Source: Octopus sinensis
Lineage: Eukaryota
Direction: 5' to 3'
NCBI RefSeq assembly: GCF_006345805.1
Contig: NC_042999.1
Span: 122,698,001 to 122,762,000 of the forward strand
DNA: 64,000 nt
This document shows positions 48,434 through 63,100 of this stretch, one piece after another. The translations under genes and the position numbers were made by a program. The notes under the pieces were generated by a model that worked only from the letters and a program-made list of their open reading frames with translations, did no database searches and was not told the DNA's origin. Numbering within the stretch: position 1 is the first letter of the stretch; each line of letters starts with the position of its first letter.

Positions 48434-50544
48434 CATCATCATCATCATCATCATTTAGCGTCCGTTTTCCATGCTAGCATGGGTTGGACGGTTCTACTGG
48501 GGTCTGTGAAGCCAGAAGGCTTCATCAGGCCCAGTCAAATCTGGCAGTGTTTCTACGGCTGGATGCCCTTCCTAACGCCAACCACTCCGTGAGTGTAGTG
48601 GTGCTTTTTACGTGCCACCCGCACTGGTGCCAGACAGAGCTGGCAAACGCCCCGAACGGATGGTGCTTTTTATGTGCCACCGGCACGAGGGCCAGGCGAG
48701 GCTGGCAACGGACACGAAACGGGGCGGTGCTGGCAACGGTCGCGAAACGGAAAGTTCTCTTACATGCCACCGGCACTGGTAACACATCTGCAATTTCCAT
48801 TGATCGATTTCCATTGATCGATTTCGATTCTGATCCTCACTTGCCTCAATGGGTCTTCACAAGCAGAGTTTCGACATGCCACCGGCACTGGTAGCACATC
48901 CGCAATTTCCATTGATCGATTTCGATTCTGATCCTCACTTGCCTCAACACGTCTTCACAAGTAGAGTTTTGTGTCCAAGAAGGGAAGGTATGCATACGTA
49001 GGCTGGCTCCATCCCATGTAGAAGGCCACGGGTTGTGGACTCACTTGTCCTGCCGGGTCTTCTCGCGCACAGCACACTTCCAGAGGTCTTGGTCTCTAGT
49101 CATTTCCTCAGTGAGACCTAAAGTTCGAAGGTCGTGCTTCACCACCTCGTCCCAGGTTTTCCTGGGTCTGCCTCTTCCACAGGTTCCCTCAACCGCTAGG
49201 GTGTGGCACTTTTTCACACAACTATCTTCATCCATTCTCGCCACATGACCATACCAGCGCAAACGTCTCTCTTGCACACCACAACTGATGCTTCTTAGGT
49301 TCAGCTTTTCTCTCAAGGTACTTACACTCTGCCGAGTGTGAGTACCGGCATTACACATCCATCGGAGCATACTGGCTTCATTTCTAGCGAGCTTATGCAT
49401 ATCCTCAGCAGTCACGGCCCATGTTTCACTGCCATGTAGCATGGCTGTTTGTACACACGCATCATACAGTCTGCCTTTCACTCTGTGCGAGAGGCCTTTT
49501 GTCACCAGCAGAGGTAAGAGCTCTCTGAACTTTGCCCAAGCTATTCTTACTCTAGCAGTTACACTTTCAGCTCACCCGCCCCCGCTGCTGACTTGGTCAC
49601 CTAGGTAACGGAAACTATCAACTATTTCTAGTTTTTCTCCCTGGAAAGTGACGGAAGTTGGTCTCAGAGTATTTTCAGTGTTTATTGTTCCTGAGCATCT
49701 GCCACATACAAAAACCATCTTCCTAGTTAGCCTTCCTTTGACATTGCTGCATCTCTTATGTGTCCATAGCTTACACTTGTGCATCTTATAAGTTTCTACC
49801 TACACCTTTTCTACAGATCGAGCAGGGCCATCTACCTGAAGGTGTTTGTGATTTGTCTACCTTCCTACTGATTACGACTTTGGTTTTAGCTAGATTGACT
49901 CTGAGGCCCTTCGATTCTAATCCTTGTTTCCACACCTGAAACTTCTCCTCCAGTTCTGATAGCGACTCAGCAATTAGAGCAAGGTCATCAGCATAGAGGA
50001 GCTCCCAAGGGCATCCTGTCTTGAATTCCTCCGTTATTGCCTGGAGGACTAAGATAAATAGGAGGGGGCTGAGTACTGAGCCTTGGTGGACCCCTACCTC
50101 TACCCGGAATTCTTCACTGTACTCATTTCCAACCCTCACCCTACTAGCGGCGTCCCTATACATGGCCCGCACAGCTCTCACTAACCATTCATCTATCCCT
50201 AGTTTTCTCATTGCCCACCAGATAAGGGATCGGGGGACCCTGTCGAAGGCTTTCTCCATGTCACAAAAAGCCAGGTACAGGGGCTTATCTTTGGCTAGGT
50301 ATTTCTCCTGCAGCTGCCTTACCAGGAATATAGCATCAGTAGTACTTTTCCCTGGCACAACCCAAACTGCATCTCATCTAAACTAACTCTCTCTCTAATT
50401 AGTTGGGCTATGACCCTCTCCGTAACCTTCATCACCTGGTCCAACAGCTTGATACCTCTGTAGTTATTTGTATCTAGGGCATCACCTTTACCTTTGTAGC
50501 AGTTGACTATTATACTGCTACACCAGTCATTGGGTATGACCCCT
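48434..50544 (-). mobile_element. RTE-clade LINE, 5'-truncated, young (copy 2), frameshifted
   Basis: NYRGIKLL, MQFG/GKSTTDAIF, DMEKAFDRV, GVHQGSVLSPLLF, YADD and RLRWYGHV motifs; several 1-bp deletions split the ORF; (ATG)n tail at 48434. Confidence 0.95.
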
Positions 50545-53500
50545 TTATAATTCTTTTCAAAAGGAGCACCATCTGTACCAGTGCATTTGTACTCTTAACT
50601 TTAAAATCAAATAGTTAGTGAATGTGGTTGAGGATTTTTATGTTATTTTATCCACAATAATATAGCTTTCAAGTTTTGTCGTTACTTACCAAGCTTCTAA
50701 TACTTTGCAACTAAATAAAACCAAAATAATTATTCTGACACTTTCACTCTATATATAACCAAAAGAATTGTTAGAGATTTATTTCATTACCTTTTCAACA
50801 TATGTTGCTATCTTTAGTTTATTGTGGCTCATTTGCGTACAGAATTTAATAGTGTGACAAATATATAGTAATCAAAATTAGTATCGGGTACAATGATTTT
50901 ATGTTGAAGACAGCAGGTGAGAATGCAAAGTTAGAAGCAATTATTTCTATCTCTTAAATCAGTTTGTCATGACTTCAAGCAAGAGTGTTGTCATTGATCC
51001 TATATAGCAATATATTATTATTAATAAATGTTATATCATAAAGAGTAATTGATATTTGAGAAAAATTCAGCAGAGAATGGTAATATGCCAAAGGACATCA
51101 CAATATATTGTGCAGTTTAAATGATTAAAATTACATCAATCATAAATATTTGATCCTTATATTGTTTCAGAGTGAAAGAGTTCAGCACTTGGTACCATTT
51201 CTCCAATATTCAAGTGAATGAATATTTCTATCCTTATATATATATATATAATAACATAAAATTATTGTCATGCTGTTGTGAAATTTGGTTGTCATTGCAT
51301 TTAAATAGATATACATAAAAAATAAATAAATTGTATTTGGGAATAAGTTCACTAACATACAAAGACCTCAGTATTATCTTCTTAAATATTAGCATAACAC
51401 ATACACATATGTGTGTGTATGTGTGAGTGCATATATATAAGTGTGTGTGTGTAAGTGTATGTATGTGTTTGTATATGTTTGTATATACATATATATATAT
51501 AAACACACACATAAATATATGTATATCTCTGTGTGTATATATGTATGCATGTGTATAGGTATATATAGTATATATATTCATATATACATATAGTTATATA
51601 TATATAGATATATATCACACATGTATATATGTATATATATATATATATATATATACATATATACACACACACACATACACACTTATGCATGCATACATAC
51701 ATACATACACACACATACATACATACATAAATATGCAAACTACTATCTTGAATCACAAGGAATCCCAAGAGAAGAATATTTCTTTTACCAAAATGATAAA
51801 GAACTAATTCAAGTTAATCCCAACAATATTTTAATATTGCTTCTATTTCTGTCCTGTTTCTCATATGAACACTGTTTATTGAATTTGTTTAATTATCTGG
51901 CTTGCCACACAATTCTCAGTCTGCTTAAATAAACCGTTGGCGTGATTGTTTTCAAAATCAGTTATTTTTTTTTTCTTCTGGCAGTTATTCAGAATATACA
52001 TAGAATAATTATAGAATTCCTGTGTTTCTGTGTTTGTTTTTATTTATGCTATGTGTATGTGTGTAAGTGTTTCTGTGTGTAAATTTTCTCACTAGAATGT
52101 TTAGAATCTACTATCTCTGAATAAGCCATAAGATGAATGCCAATCTTCAGCAAGTAAATCAATAGGATGTCTTTACTACTCTCTGGATTTGTTACACAAA
52201 CTGTTACTAGGGAAGTCAGCGGAGTTAAATCTCAGTTGCATGCTATTTCAATCCAGTTTTAGTAGCTCATAAATTCTAGCACCTTTCTAGTTATGCCATA
52301 TTGAATTCTTTATTTTTGACTTGCTTCACAATATTTTCATATTTCAGACTACTTTCCTTTTTGCCATTCTTGAAATTGAAGAAGTTTTCTCCAGCTTTTG
52401 TCTTGTACCATTTTCTTTTTATTTTGAATTTAACTGTTAATTTATTTTAGATTTTAAAGGCTCAATAGTTATTTAGTTGGACAATTTCAAATTATGTTTA
52501 TATATTTCTGTGCAGATGAAGATTAAGAAAACCAACATCTTTATATTCTGAACTTAATATATTTCTTTCATAATATAAGAATATACTAGCTTAAATTATA
52601 ATATAGAAAATGCTTTTAAGCAACTGTATGTATTTTTGTTTTAAAGATGTATGTTTAAGAATACAATAAATAATATTACTTTAGTTTATATGGTGACCAG
52701 TAATAATGAAAAATATTCCAAAATACAAGTATAGATGTATGACCTTTTTATTTTCTTTTTTCAAAGTAATTCAGTTAGTACAGTGAAATTTTAATTAGGG
52801 ATATATCAGGGATGAAATAAATGATATCAACCAGTTAGAATAATTTTATTATTTTGCTTGCTGTATAATACAACTGTGCAAAAACTAAATAAGTTGACCA
52901 TGCTATGTTAACAATATGTGCTTGACATTTTCAAATTTCAAATGAAAGAATGAGAAGTATAAAAATTTAAATCAGAGTAAATAATTTGATTCGATTTTAA
53001 GGTCTCAAACCACCCTAAAAAAATTGTAGTTTAGATTAGTTTGTTCTCTTTTACTTCATACTAAAACATATTGCAAATTGCAAAATATTTCACCAAAAGA
53101 TTATTTCATTTGTTTTTATTCGTTTTTTATGTCTAATATTCTTAATACAGTTATATAGTAAATGATAGTCTGGTAGTTCAAATTCTATATCATTCATTAT
53201 GTTTGAATTACAAGTCCATAACTTTGCAAAGATACTTAGAAAGAAATTCTTTATTTATGAAATTTCTTTAAATATTTTAATTATTACTGTTATATTAGTA
53301 TTTATAAATCATATCAGTTACTTCAGTACAGAAGTTTGATACCAATAAAAAGTTATGCTATCCTTGCTAAATTTTCACCTCAGTAACAAATGTCAAACAA
53401 AAACAATTATTTTTTTAATTATTCATTTGTTGACATTATAGATGAAACCAGAAAAATCAAAATTAATATAATAATACTATACTATTAATAGATCTAAAAG

Positions 53501-54446
53501 TGAAAAGACAGGTTAATACCAGAGTATTTTGTTGTTGATATTGAGTATTTTTTCTTACTGCTATTCAAAGATTTCCAATTAAAGCTTTAGATAATCTTTA
53601 ATCCAAAACTTACATGTGAGATTTGTAAGATATCAAAAGTTCACAGATATTAAAATGATACTTAACACTGAAAAAAGCAATGTATATTGATGTGTTTTAT
53701 TTGTTTTTAAAGCATATAAAACAGAAAATTTGGTTTCTTAGATGCTAGTCGTCTATTAAAGTTTAGAAATTATTTTATTTTCCTTGTATGGTGTTGGACA
53801 AATAGCACTTTTCTGTAAATAATACTGGAGTACATTACCTAATCATAAAAGGACATAATTTATCAAAATGTAAATTAATAGGTTTTGCCTTTTGAAGGCA
53901 GGAAATTATAGACTTTAATTTAGTGCAGAATGGGAGATATCTTTTTGAATTAAACAATTGAAATACTATAAAGTATTGAACTGAGAGTTATTTCATTGGA
54001 ATCACATGAATAATTTTATAGACTACAGAATATTTTTCTTTAAAAAAACAAGCAAAAATTTCTTTTGATTAAATAGAATGATTTTTCAGTTATCATCCAT
54101 AGCTTCTTTTTAATCACTCTGACAATTAAATTTAGTAAATTTATTGTATAAACATTTTATACACTACACAAATAATTAAATAAATAATATTCATCTAATT
54201 CTTTTTTCAAAATTAATGAAAGATAGAAGTTCGTTTGTATTTACAAGCGTGTGCATATTACCTACTCTCCATATTATATATTCATTGAATTAGGATCATT
54301 TACTTAGCAGATATGACTGAGATAAATATTTACCAATTTAGAACTGAACAAATCAGGTTTTGTGCTATAAATCCATTGTATATCTATAAAAAAAAGTAAG
54401 TGAAGCCCTTACAGAATTAAAGCTAGTTACAAAATAACTCATCTAG

Positions 54447-54577
54447 GTCTACTGCTGCTACTACAACTATTACTACTATTAACGCAGCTACTACTACTAC
54501 TGCCCTTGCTGCTGCCACTACTGCTATTACTACTACTATTGCTGCTGCTACTACTACTACTATTGCTGCTGCTATTA
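54447..54577. repeat. compound (ACT)n/(GCT)n/(ATT) trinucleotide repeat
   Basis: Directly visible; stays in trinucleotide phase. Confidence 0.9.
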
Positions 54578-54916
54578 TACAAGAGTTAACTACACCCTCA
54601 TAAGAGTAAGCCATTTTGATACATAAATTAAAAGAAAAGGCAAAAATAATTACTTCAATAGTTTTGCTACATAAATGAATTCAAGATTCTTGCTGTTACC
54701 CAAGGTCAGCTTCAATTGATCCAAAATCCTGATATGCAAGCAGTTGCGTAGACACAATCCACAGAACTATTGTGATATACAATGACTCAGCCTAACCGAG
54801 GCCCATAACAGAATAGTGTTACATCAAACAGTGCATAATCTGTATGATACAGTGTTAGTTTCCAAGTGTTGTTTGGGTAACTGTGAATTGGAGGCATGGT
54901 TCTAGGTATGTCATGT

Positions 54917-54979
<63 letters not shown>

Positions 54980-54988
<9 letters not shown>

Positions 54989-55562
54989 CCTCACAGAGGC
55001 AATGACAAGTGACTGAGCCCTTTGGAAATATGCTGTGTTGAAGACCTGTGGAACCAAGTGAAATCATAGTTGTGGCTAATGCCAGTGCTGCCTGACTGGC
55101 AGCCATGCTAGTGATATGTAACAAGCATCATTCAAGCATGAATGATTCTAGTGCCGCCTGACTGGCACTCATGTTGGTGGCATGTAAAAATCACCATTCA
55201 AGCATGGCCAATGCCAGTGCTACCTGACTGGCTCCCATGCTGGTGACATGTAAAAAGCACCCACTACACTCACAGAGTGGTTGGCTTTAGGAAGGGCATC
55301 CAGCTGTAAAAACCTTGCCAAATCAGATTGGAGCCTGATGCAACCTTTCAGCTTGCCATTCCTCAATCAAATTGTCCAACCCATGCCAACATGGAAAGCA
55401 GTTGTTAAACAACGATGATGATGATGTATGTATGCATATTACTGTATCATCATCCAAATCAGATTGGAACCTGGTGCAGTCTCCTGGCTTGCCAGTTCTC
55501 AGTTCAGCTATCTAACCCATGCCAGCATAGTAAGCAGACGTTAAACATCAATGATGATGATG
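54980..55562 (+). mobile_element. older RTE-related 3' UTR or RTE-tailed SINE with internal repeats and a duplicated tail
   Basis: 55240-55425 matches the reverse complement of the RTE 3' end (aaaagcacccactacactcac.gagtggttggc.ttaggaagggcatccagc...gatgatg). It has three gccagtgc.gcctgactggc units and a second tail at 55453-55562. Confidence 0.75.
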
Positions 55563-55660
55563 TATGTTTGTTTGTATGTATATTACAGAATCATCATACA
55601 TCACAAAACTTACTGAATGAAAAAGGTTATACTCATTGATATGTCTTAGACGACATGCTG

Positions 55661-55700
<40 letters not shown>

Positions 55701-58700
55701 TCTACAACATGTACAACATGCAATACAAAATTATTTGTAATTCAATATTTATTTAGATACTGTAATACAGTAAATTTTTATTTTTATAGTTCCTTATTAA
55801 ATACAATGGCTAATATCCTAAGTGGTAATAATCTGGACTATCTTGATTTAAATGTTATGTAGGATGATACAATTTTTTTTAGTTCCATAACACTGTTTTT
55901 TTACCATTAGTTTTATGTGGCTGTATTTTTCAAGTGTTTTTATTGCATACAAGGATAATTTTGTGTGTGAAGTGTTGAGATTTTCTTCATGTAATGATGT
56001 GACACTGAGAAGTGAAATAGCAGCATTACTTTCTGTTTTTCCTGGAATTGTCATTATTATTCTTTGATTGTATCTATGTCAGTATTATATTGAAAAATAT
56101 TTACCCTTTTAAAGTCCTGCTCCTTTCAGGGTAATGTTGTTACTTTCAAATTTTGCCCAAATTCGCCAAACTTTTTGAAATATATGTTGAGCAACTATTA
56201 CTATGTTAAATTTGCATTGTTTGACTTGTAAACTGTGATTTCGAAGAATAGGTATTTAACTGTAGACACATTTCACCTTTCAAATACTGACATCTAACAA
56301 ATCTGGTTCATCTACTGCCCATGATAAGTAGCAAACACACATGTGTACCGGGATTCCTATCGTCTCGCATAATCCTACTGTTAGGAATTAACATAACAAT
56401 ATTAGACATTTAGAGAATATCTTCTCTTACATTTGCCAGACATCAAAGAGCATTTAGAACAAATGTCAAAAAATTAAGTCATCTGTAAGTAAATCAAAAC
56501 CTAGTAATTAACAGCACAGAATATAACAAAGGAAGCAGTCATTGTTTATCATTAAAACATATAATCAGTAAAGTAGGCAGGCATTCTATTGTTCTTTTTG
56601 GTCTGTTAGGAATGTTTACTGAAATTGTAATGAATTGATTTGTCATCATTTGTTTCCAAGATTATATTATTATTCTATGAGTTGTAAGTTGCATTTACTT
56701 AAATAAGAGAACAGCTTATTGAAAGATTTTCAATTTTCCTCAAAGCTGTCTTGGGCTTCAGATTCAAGGGTTTGAAGAAAATGGCTTAGTGAGACTGTAG
56801 CATATCTCTCAGTATCAAACTGAATTGGGATGTAATGGTATGAGAGAATGTCAGTCAATGGTATCTGTCATCTTTGAAACTAATGGGTCTTTTCTAATTG
56901 CTAAACTATTTTTATGATAATTCATTAGGCCATTCCTGTGGTTAATGAGGTGTAAAGTAGCTTTGAGTTGATTATATCTTTAAAGCTATAGAACAGAATG
57001 ATCCAATATTTATTAAAGCTAGAGGGTATCCACCATTCCATGAATTTAACATTTTGTTTGCATTAGGTGAAACTGAGTTGTTTTACATATCAATAGAATG
57101 TAGCATTCATTTTGTTCAGAAGAAATCGTTCTAATCATCTAAACATTCCATCAATTTAAAATTTCCAAATTCAGAGCTTTTAAATTGAATGCCATGGTTA
57201 CAGTGAATAAATCATAAAATACCAAAAAGGAGAATATTGAGGAGAAGCATTGAAAACTTGAGAAGTTGCTTTTCTTAAGGCAAATGGGAAAAGGTTAATG
57301 CATAAACTCATCGAGTAATGCCAAAATGTAAGAGCTGCCCATTTTAATATTTGGTTTTGGTTCTAGAGTATCAAGTGAAAGTTACTGCCAATCTCTTTTT
57401 TCAAGTGTATAAGTTAGCTAGTTGTAATTTTGATGAGTCAGTCTGCAAATACTCAACATCTTGAATGTTTGTTAAATACGTTAGTAATGCATTTCGGATC
57501 AACATATGCAGATGAAACATTCAAAGGTTGAAGATTGCCCTTAAATGCAATCTTAAGTAGCCAAAATTATCAGAATTAAGGCATCCTAGAGATAATGAAA
57601 TCTATTGTATATAGAAGAATATAAGAGTAATTTCATTTATGAGATAGCAAGTCTTTACTTCAACATTAACAATTGTTTTTACAATTATGTTAACTTTGTT
57701 TTTGTCAATCGATCTTGCCTTTCGATATAACTTGGAGAAAGGTTTAATACCAAACTATTTTTCAATATTTTTACTAATTAATGACAATTTAGTAACATTA
57801 TGAGTACACATTTACCAAATGTACAATCTACCAAATTGTACACATTTACAGTTCTCAGAAGCAGTTGTTTGACAGATGATTATGTTGATGATATTAGCTT
57901 TGTAAAATGTTTTTGACATAATTTTGCAAAAGGTTTTCGACATATCTGTAAAATGTTCTGTTATTTTATATTTAAGAGATTGTTTATCAACAGCAAGACA
58001 TTCTTTATTGTTGTGTAGAGCTTTTGATCCACATCAAAAGTAAGTTTTAACCTAAATGGAAGTTTGTTTCCCATAGAAGCAGCATATGGTTTATGGTTAT
58101 TTGTTATATTGTCCACCACACTAAAACTGGACTCTCCCATCTCAACTATAGAAATGACATTCTAAAATACAATGGTTTTCTCAGCTTTATGAAGCAAAGC
58201 AAAGATAAAATAAACTGCTTTTTGATCACTTACCATGTCTAGACTTCAGCAATATACCATCTCTCATAACCTTTCTTACAAATAATATAGGAAATTTTTT
58301 TATGTGCAAGAATAGTGATGAAGTCATGAATAGGTTGTCCATACTGCACAATAAAATAGTTTTTTTCATTCATTGAGTGTATTTTCCCTGCTAATAAATT
58401 TAGATACAATTACATATTTTACTCTTGAACCAAATGATATGACACCATCTTCCTCTTTTGCAATTTCAGATCACTGTTTTCCTGTTGCTATATCTGTCAG
58501 TCTTAATAGAAATAGATATAAATCCATTTTATCATATTCATTTGGTTTCATATGTCTAAAATATTTTTCAAACTGAATAATAAATTATCAAATGATTCTT
58601 CAGAATTATCCTTTAACATAAGGGAGTTGATTTGTATTGTTAACATATTTGTTAATAGCAACTTATGAAATAGGAAAATTATTGTTATCCATTGGATATC

Positions 58701-59259
58701 AATGTTCAGTATCCAAACTAAAAGTGTATTTCATACTTCAAATGTTGTCAACTAATGAAGTTGTTTCATCCACTTTTCATAATAAATGGTAAACACACAT
58801 TGTAACTTCACATAATTCATCTAACAGTAATTAACATAACAGTATGAGGCAATTACAGAATTTCCAATATTACATTGGAAGTCACTTCGTGACTATCACA
58901 TCTTTTCTGTTATATTATAACAAAGAGCAATTTACCGAGTACATTTATTTGTAAGACAGTAGGGTAAACTTTGAAAGAGATGTAGCTGTTAATTCTAACA
59001 GGTTGAAGGACTGCATACAGGTTCTTTCATTTACAAATCAACAGAATATTAAACAGTTTGAGGAAAATATGTCATGACTTTGTAGTACAAAGTTATCCAT
59101 TAAAGCAGTTAGAAAGTACCAGATACCATCAAGCACAAAATATCAGAAAACATGTCCATATTATGTTAACATACAAAGAAGAAACTGAAAAGAAAGAGGA
59201 TGAGAACATGACAATGATAATTATTATGACTCAAATAAATCATGCTTAGTGTAGATCTA

Positions 59260-60539
59260 TCAGGTCATCCCATAAGTTCTGTCTGATTTTCCCTTTTTTA
59301 AATTGAATGAAATTTAATAGTATTTTAGAATGTCTAATGGAAAAAAAAAAATTTATGCATTTGTGTACATTTAAACTAATTAAATATTATTTTACAGAAT
59401 AATAGAATTAAAATTTCTTTGATTAAAACCCTTTCTAACATGGAAGTATCCAAAGAGCATTTAAGGCTCATAATGCTTTATGAGTACATAAAAGGAAACT
59501 CTGCAACTGAAGCAATTCGAAACACACAGTTTATTGGAAAGAATGCTTGAATGAAAGAACTTGCAGAAAATGGTTTGCAAAATTCAAAAGTGGAGATTTC
59601 AGCCTTGAAAATGAAGATTGGACAGGACGTCCAGTTGAGTTTGATGATAAGCTCCTTGAGGAATTACTTCAAGAAAATCCTGCATTATCAGTTGAAGAAT
59701 TGGCAATAAAGCTTAGTTCAAACCATACAACTGTTCACATGTCATCTTCAACAACTTGGAAAGGTTCCTAAACTTGGAAACTGGGTGCCTCATGAATTGT
59801 CCGAAAGCAACTGCAAATCCCGAGTTGACATCTACTCTTCCCTCCATTTCCATAAACTCATTTCGCCCTTTTTGGACAGACTTGTGACTGGTGACGAAAA
59901 ATGGATCTTCTATCGAAATGTTAAATGTCATAAACAGTGGCTTAGTAAAAGGGAAAAGGCTCAGCCACAACCGAGAAGGGAACTTCATGGAAAAAAGGTT
60001 CTTCTCTCTATCTGGTGGGATTACAAATGAGTGATTCACTTTGAATTGTTACCACCTAATGCAACAATCAATGCTCAAGTCTACTTTCAGCAATTAGAGT
60101 TTTTGAACCAAGCTTTGAAGAAAAAAGACCCGCTTTAGTGAATCAAAAAGCAGTGATGTTTCATCAGGACAATGCACGACCCCATACGGCAAAGATCACA
60201 TCACAGAAGATCGAAGAGCTTCGTTGGGAAAAAATTGCTCATCCACCTTATTGTCCCAACCTTGCTTCTTCAGACTACCATTTGTTTTGTAGTTTACAGA
60301 ATCATTTAGAGAACATAACTTTCGCAAGCCAGGAGGTGGTTGAAACTGACATTTCAGAGTTCTTTGCATTGAAGCCAAAAGAGTTTTACATTGATAGGAT
60401 TAAAAAGCTTGTAAATAGATGGAAGGAAGTCATAGATAATCAGGAAAAGTACATTGATGATTAAATTTCAATTAAATATAACATTTGACCACTTGTTTTC
60501 TTTATTCAAAATTCGTACAGAACTTATGGGATGACCTGA
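59260..60539 (+). mobile_element. full-length mariner (Tc1/mariner, DD34D) element, 1280 bp
   Basis: Perfect 23-bp TIR core TCAGGTCATCCCATAAGTTCTGT at both ends, with TA at 59258-59259 and 60540-60541. Confidence 0.95.
59440..60464 (+). pseudogene. mariner transposase pseudogene
   Basis: MEVSKEHLRLIML, WFAKFKSGDF, WVPHEL, VTGDEKW, HQDNARPH...34 aa...SSDYHLF. Frameshifts and an internal TGA at 60028-60030 disrupt it. Confidence 0.93.
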
Positions 60540-61094
60540 TATTTTTATCCCTTCTTGAATCTCTATTTTACAAGGCATTAAGGAGAGATGGACTTCATCC
60601 AGTATAGGCTGCCAATTTGTTTCCAGTAGATTATTGTGCTCTAGGAATTGAATTGAGGTATTAGAATACTCATAAGTTCCATATTGATGCTACTTCTTAC
60701 TAGTGAAAATTACACTAGATGTAGGTAGACTTGAATATAGAGAATTAAGTATCCTGTTCACAAACATCATGCAGTACCATTGACAGAACATGAAATGCCA
60801 GTCTGGTTATCCAAATCAGTCGTGGTGTCTACCAAATCAGCTGATGTATGGTTGGATATAATTCTCATTGAGCAAAGTTTGATGGCTAGTTTGAGTTCTT
60901 CACTGAAGTTTTATTATTTCCTTGAGTAACAATCTCATTTAATTTTAAATTATATCACAAAGATTTCAATAATGCACAGCCTTCAACTTTTGAATCTTGA
61001 ATTTTTCTGTTTAGTAAATAAAACATGATGTCTCACAGTACATAGATGGTGATCAGAAATAGAAAAACAGGAAATAACCTTAATAATTATTTTT

Positions 61095-61290
61095 AATTTA
61101 GACACAAAACAAGCGGTTTTGAAGGAAGGGATTTAGTTGATTGACACTTGAACTTCATTGGTACTTTATTTTATCAACCCTGGAGGATTAAAAAATAAAG
61201 TTGATTTCAACAAAATAGTAATCAAAATGTCAAGAGCCAGAAAAATACTGTATGGTATTTTTACTGGAACTTTAACAGTTCTACAACTTC
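61095..61290 (-). mobile_element. decayed family B SINE
   Basis: ttggtactttattttatcaaccc..gaggat resembles the reverse-complement family B core. Confidence 0.5.
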
Positions 61291-62262
61291 ATACTTTGAA
61301 TTATAACCAAATGGGGAATTTTCTCTATAAACTCTGACAAATTTTAGTCATTATTACTATTATATTTATGAATGTCCTCTTATTTATGTGGCTGCTTAAA
61401 GAAACCTGTTAAAGATATAGCAGCTAATAGTTTGAATTTTAGAAAAAGGATGGATTTATTCAGATGCATTAAAAATAAGTCAATAATTATTAAATTCAGA
61501 TATGAATTACAAACTGATATTTAGTAAGAGTGATGTTTTAGAAATTTAAACCAATATGATAACACATATCTATGGTTTTATAATTGTTAATTGCATTTAA
61601 ATTCAATCTCGGTAACTGTGCGTCTGTGCAAATCTTCTACTTATTAATAATTCTTTTTTTTTTAAATTAACACTAGCTTTTCTTCAGACAAATATTTTAT
61701 AGCATGATATATGTGTTAACATTTAACATTCAACTGTGAAATAGAACTGGCATATATTTGACATGCAACCAGAATAAAACACAGTTATTTTCCAGGTGTA
61801 TATTCAAACTACTATTCTCAACATGTCTATGTAGAAGCTCAAAACAGTTGTGTTTTATGAAAAAGTTTAATATTGATTTCTAACATAAGCACAAAACTAC
61901 ATGATGAGATCACCTTCAGTGTTTGACTGGTAGCTATTTCATTGATTCTCAGAAGAATGAAAAGCAGCATCAACCCTCACATCTTTTGTACTCAGAATGT
62001 AAAAGTATGCCACTTAAACTTGGATTGTCTATTATATGTTTCCTTGAGTGGACAGCAAAGCCTACTTTGCTTCATACCACAAAAACCACAGTGACAGGTA
62101 AGGTTTCCATTGAAAGGAGCAGCATTTTGCCAGCATACCCTCATGCTTGCACGAAGTTGGTCTCAACATTGAAGGTGAGTTTGCTAAAATCTGTGAATTG
62201 AGAAATAGGACCAGTGCCAGGTCCTGCCTTATGATGCTTTGTTTTCTTCGGAACAAAACATT

Positions 62263-62293
<31 letters not shown>

Positions 62294-62304
62294 TATATAT
62301 ATAA

Positions 62305-62857
62305 AATAAGTGGAAAATTATGTAGTAAATGCACAAATGAAAAACATATAATGAATGCGCAGACGAATAGAAGTAAACATATATTCAATGCACAAATGGA
62401 CAGAAAACAAAAACAGTTATCAACCACATGGTAGCAACCAGATGGTATTACTCAGTTATCAACCAGATGGTTTTACTCAGTTTTGCAGCATTAATGAAAA
62501 GACTGAGATGCTTCCCATGCTTGTGGTGCCCATTAAAGTTGCAGAGAATATTGGACTGCGAACAAACAATATATGGAATACAAGCGATACCAAAGTAGAC
62601 ATATGAAAGGAAATAAATGTAATTTAAGATGATGGACACAGCTTTCACCAGCACCACCAACATGGGAAGCACCTCAGTCTTTTCATTAATGGTGCAAGAC
62701 TGAGTAATACCATATGGTTGATAACTGATGAAAAATTAGGGATCTTCTATTTTTCTTTTCCATCCATTTGTGCACTCAGTATATGTTTTTCCTTTCGTCT
62801 ATGCATTCATTATACATTGTTTCATTTGTGCATTTACTATACATTTTTTCACTTATT
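62305..62857. mobile_element. fold-back (MITE-like) element with ~210-bp imperfect inverted arms
   Basis: Arms 62305-62529 and 62651-62857 (e.g. cattaatgaaaagactgag.tgcttcccatg / catgggaagca.ctcagtcttttcattaatg) surround a ~120-bp core. Confidence 0.75.
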
Positions 62858-62916
62858 AAGTAACAGAACTCAACACACTCTGGTTTTTATTAACAGTAAG
62901 TTATTGGTCGTGATTT

Positions 62917-63100
62917 AGCATATAGGAGTGGCTGTGTGGTAAGTAGCTTGCTTATGAACCACATGGTTCGCGGTTCCGTCCTACTGCATAGCACTTTGGG
63001 CAAGTGTCTTCTACTATAGCCTCAGGCCAACCAAAGCCTTGTGAGTGGATTTGGTAGACGAAAACTTAAAGAAGCCCCTCGTATATATATATATATATAT
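62917..63100 (+). mobile_element. tRNA-derived SINE, family A
   Basis: ggagtggctgtgtggtaag head, ggttcgcggttccgtcc B-box region, family A core and (AT)n tail. Confidence 0.88.

Noticed and set aside
54412-54610. Thr/Ala-rich mucin-like exon
   Set aside because: It is a compound ACT/GCT microsatellite bounded by in-frame stops, and the acceptor lacks a good pyrimidine tract.
57300-58800. Idea that TGA-dominated stops indicate a TGA=Trp (mitochondrial or Mollicutes) insert
   Set aside because: Careful recounting shows TAA and TAG stops and frameshifts in the same frames, and TGG codons are present. CGA-to-TGA decay or chance explains the pattern.
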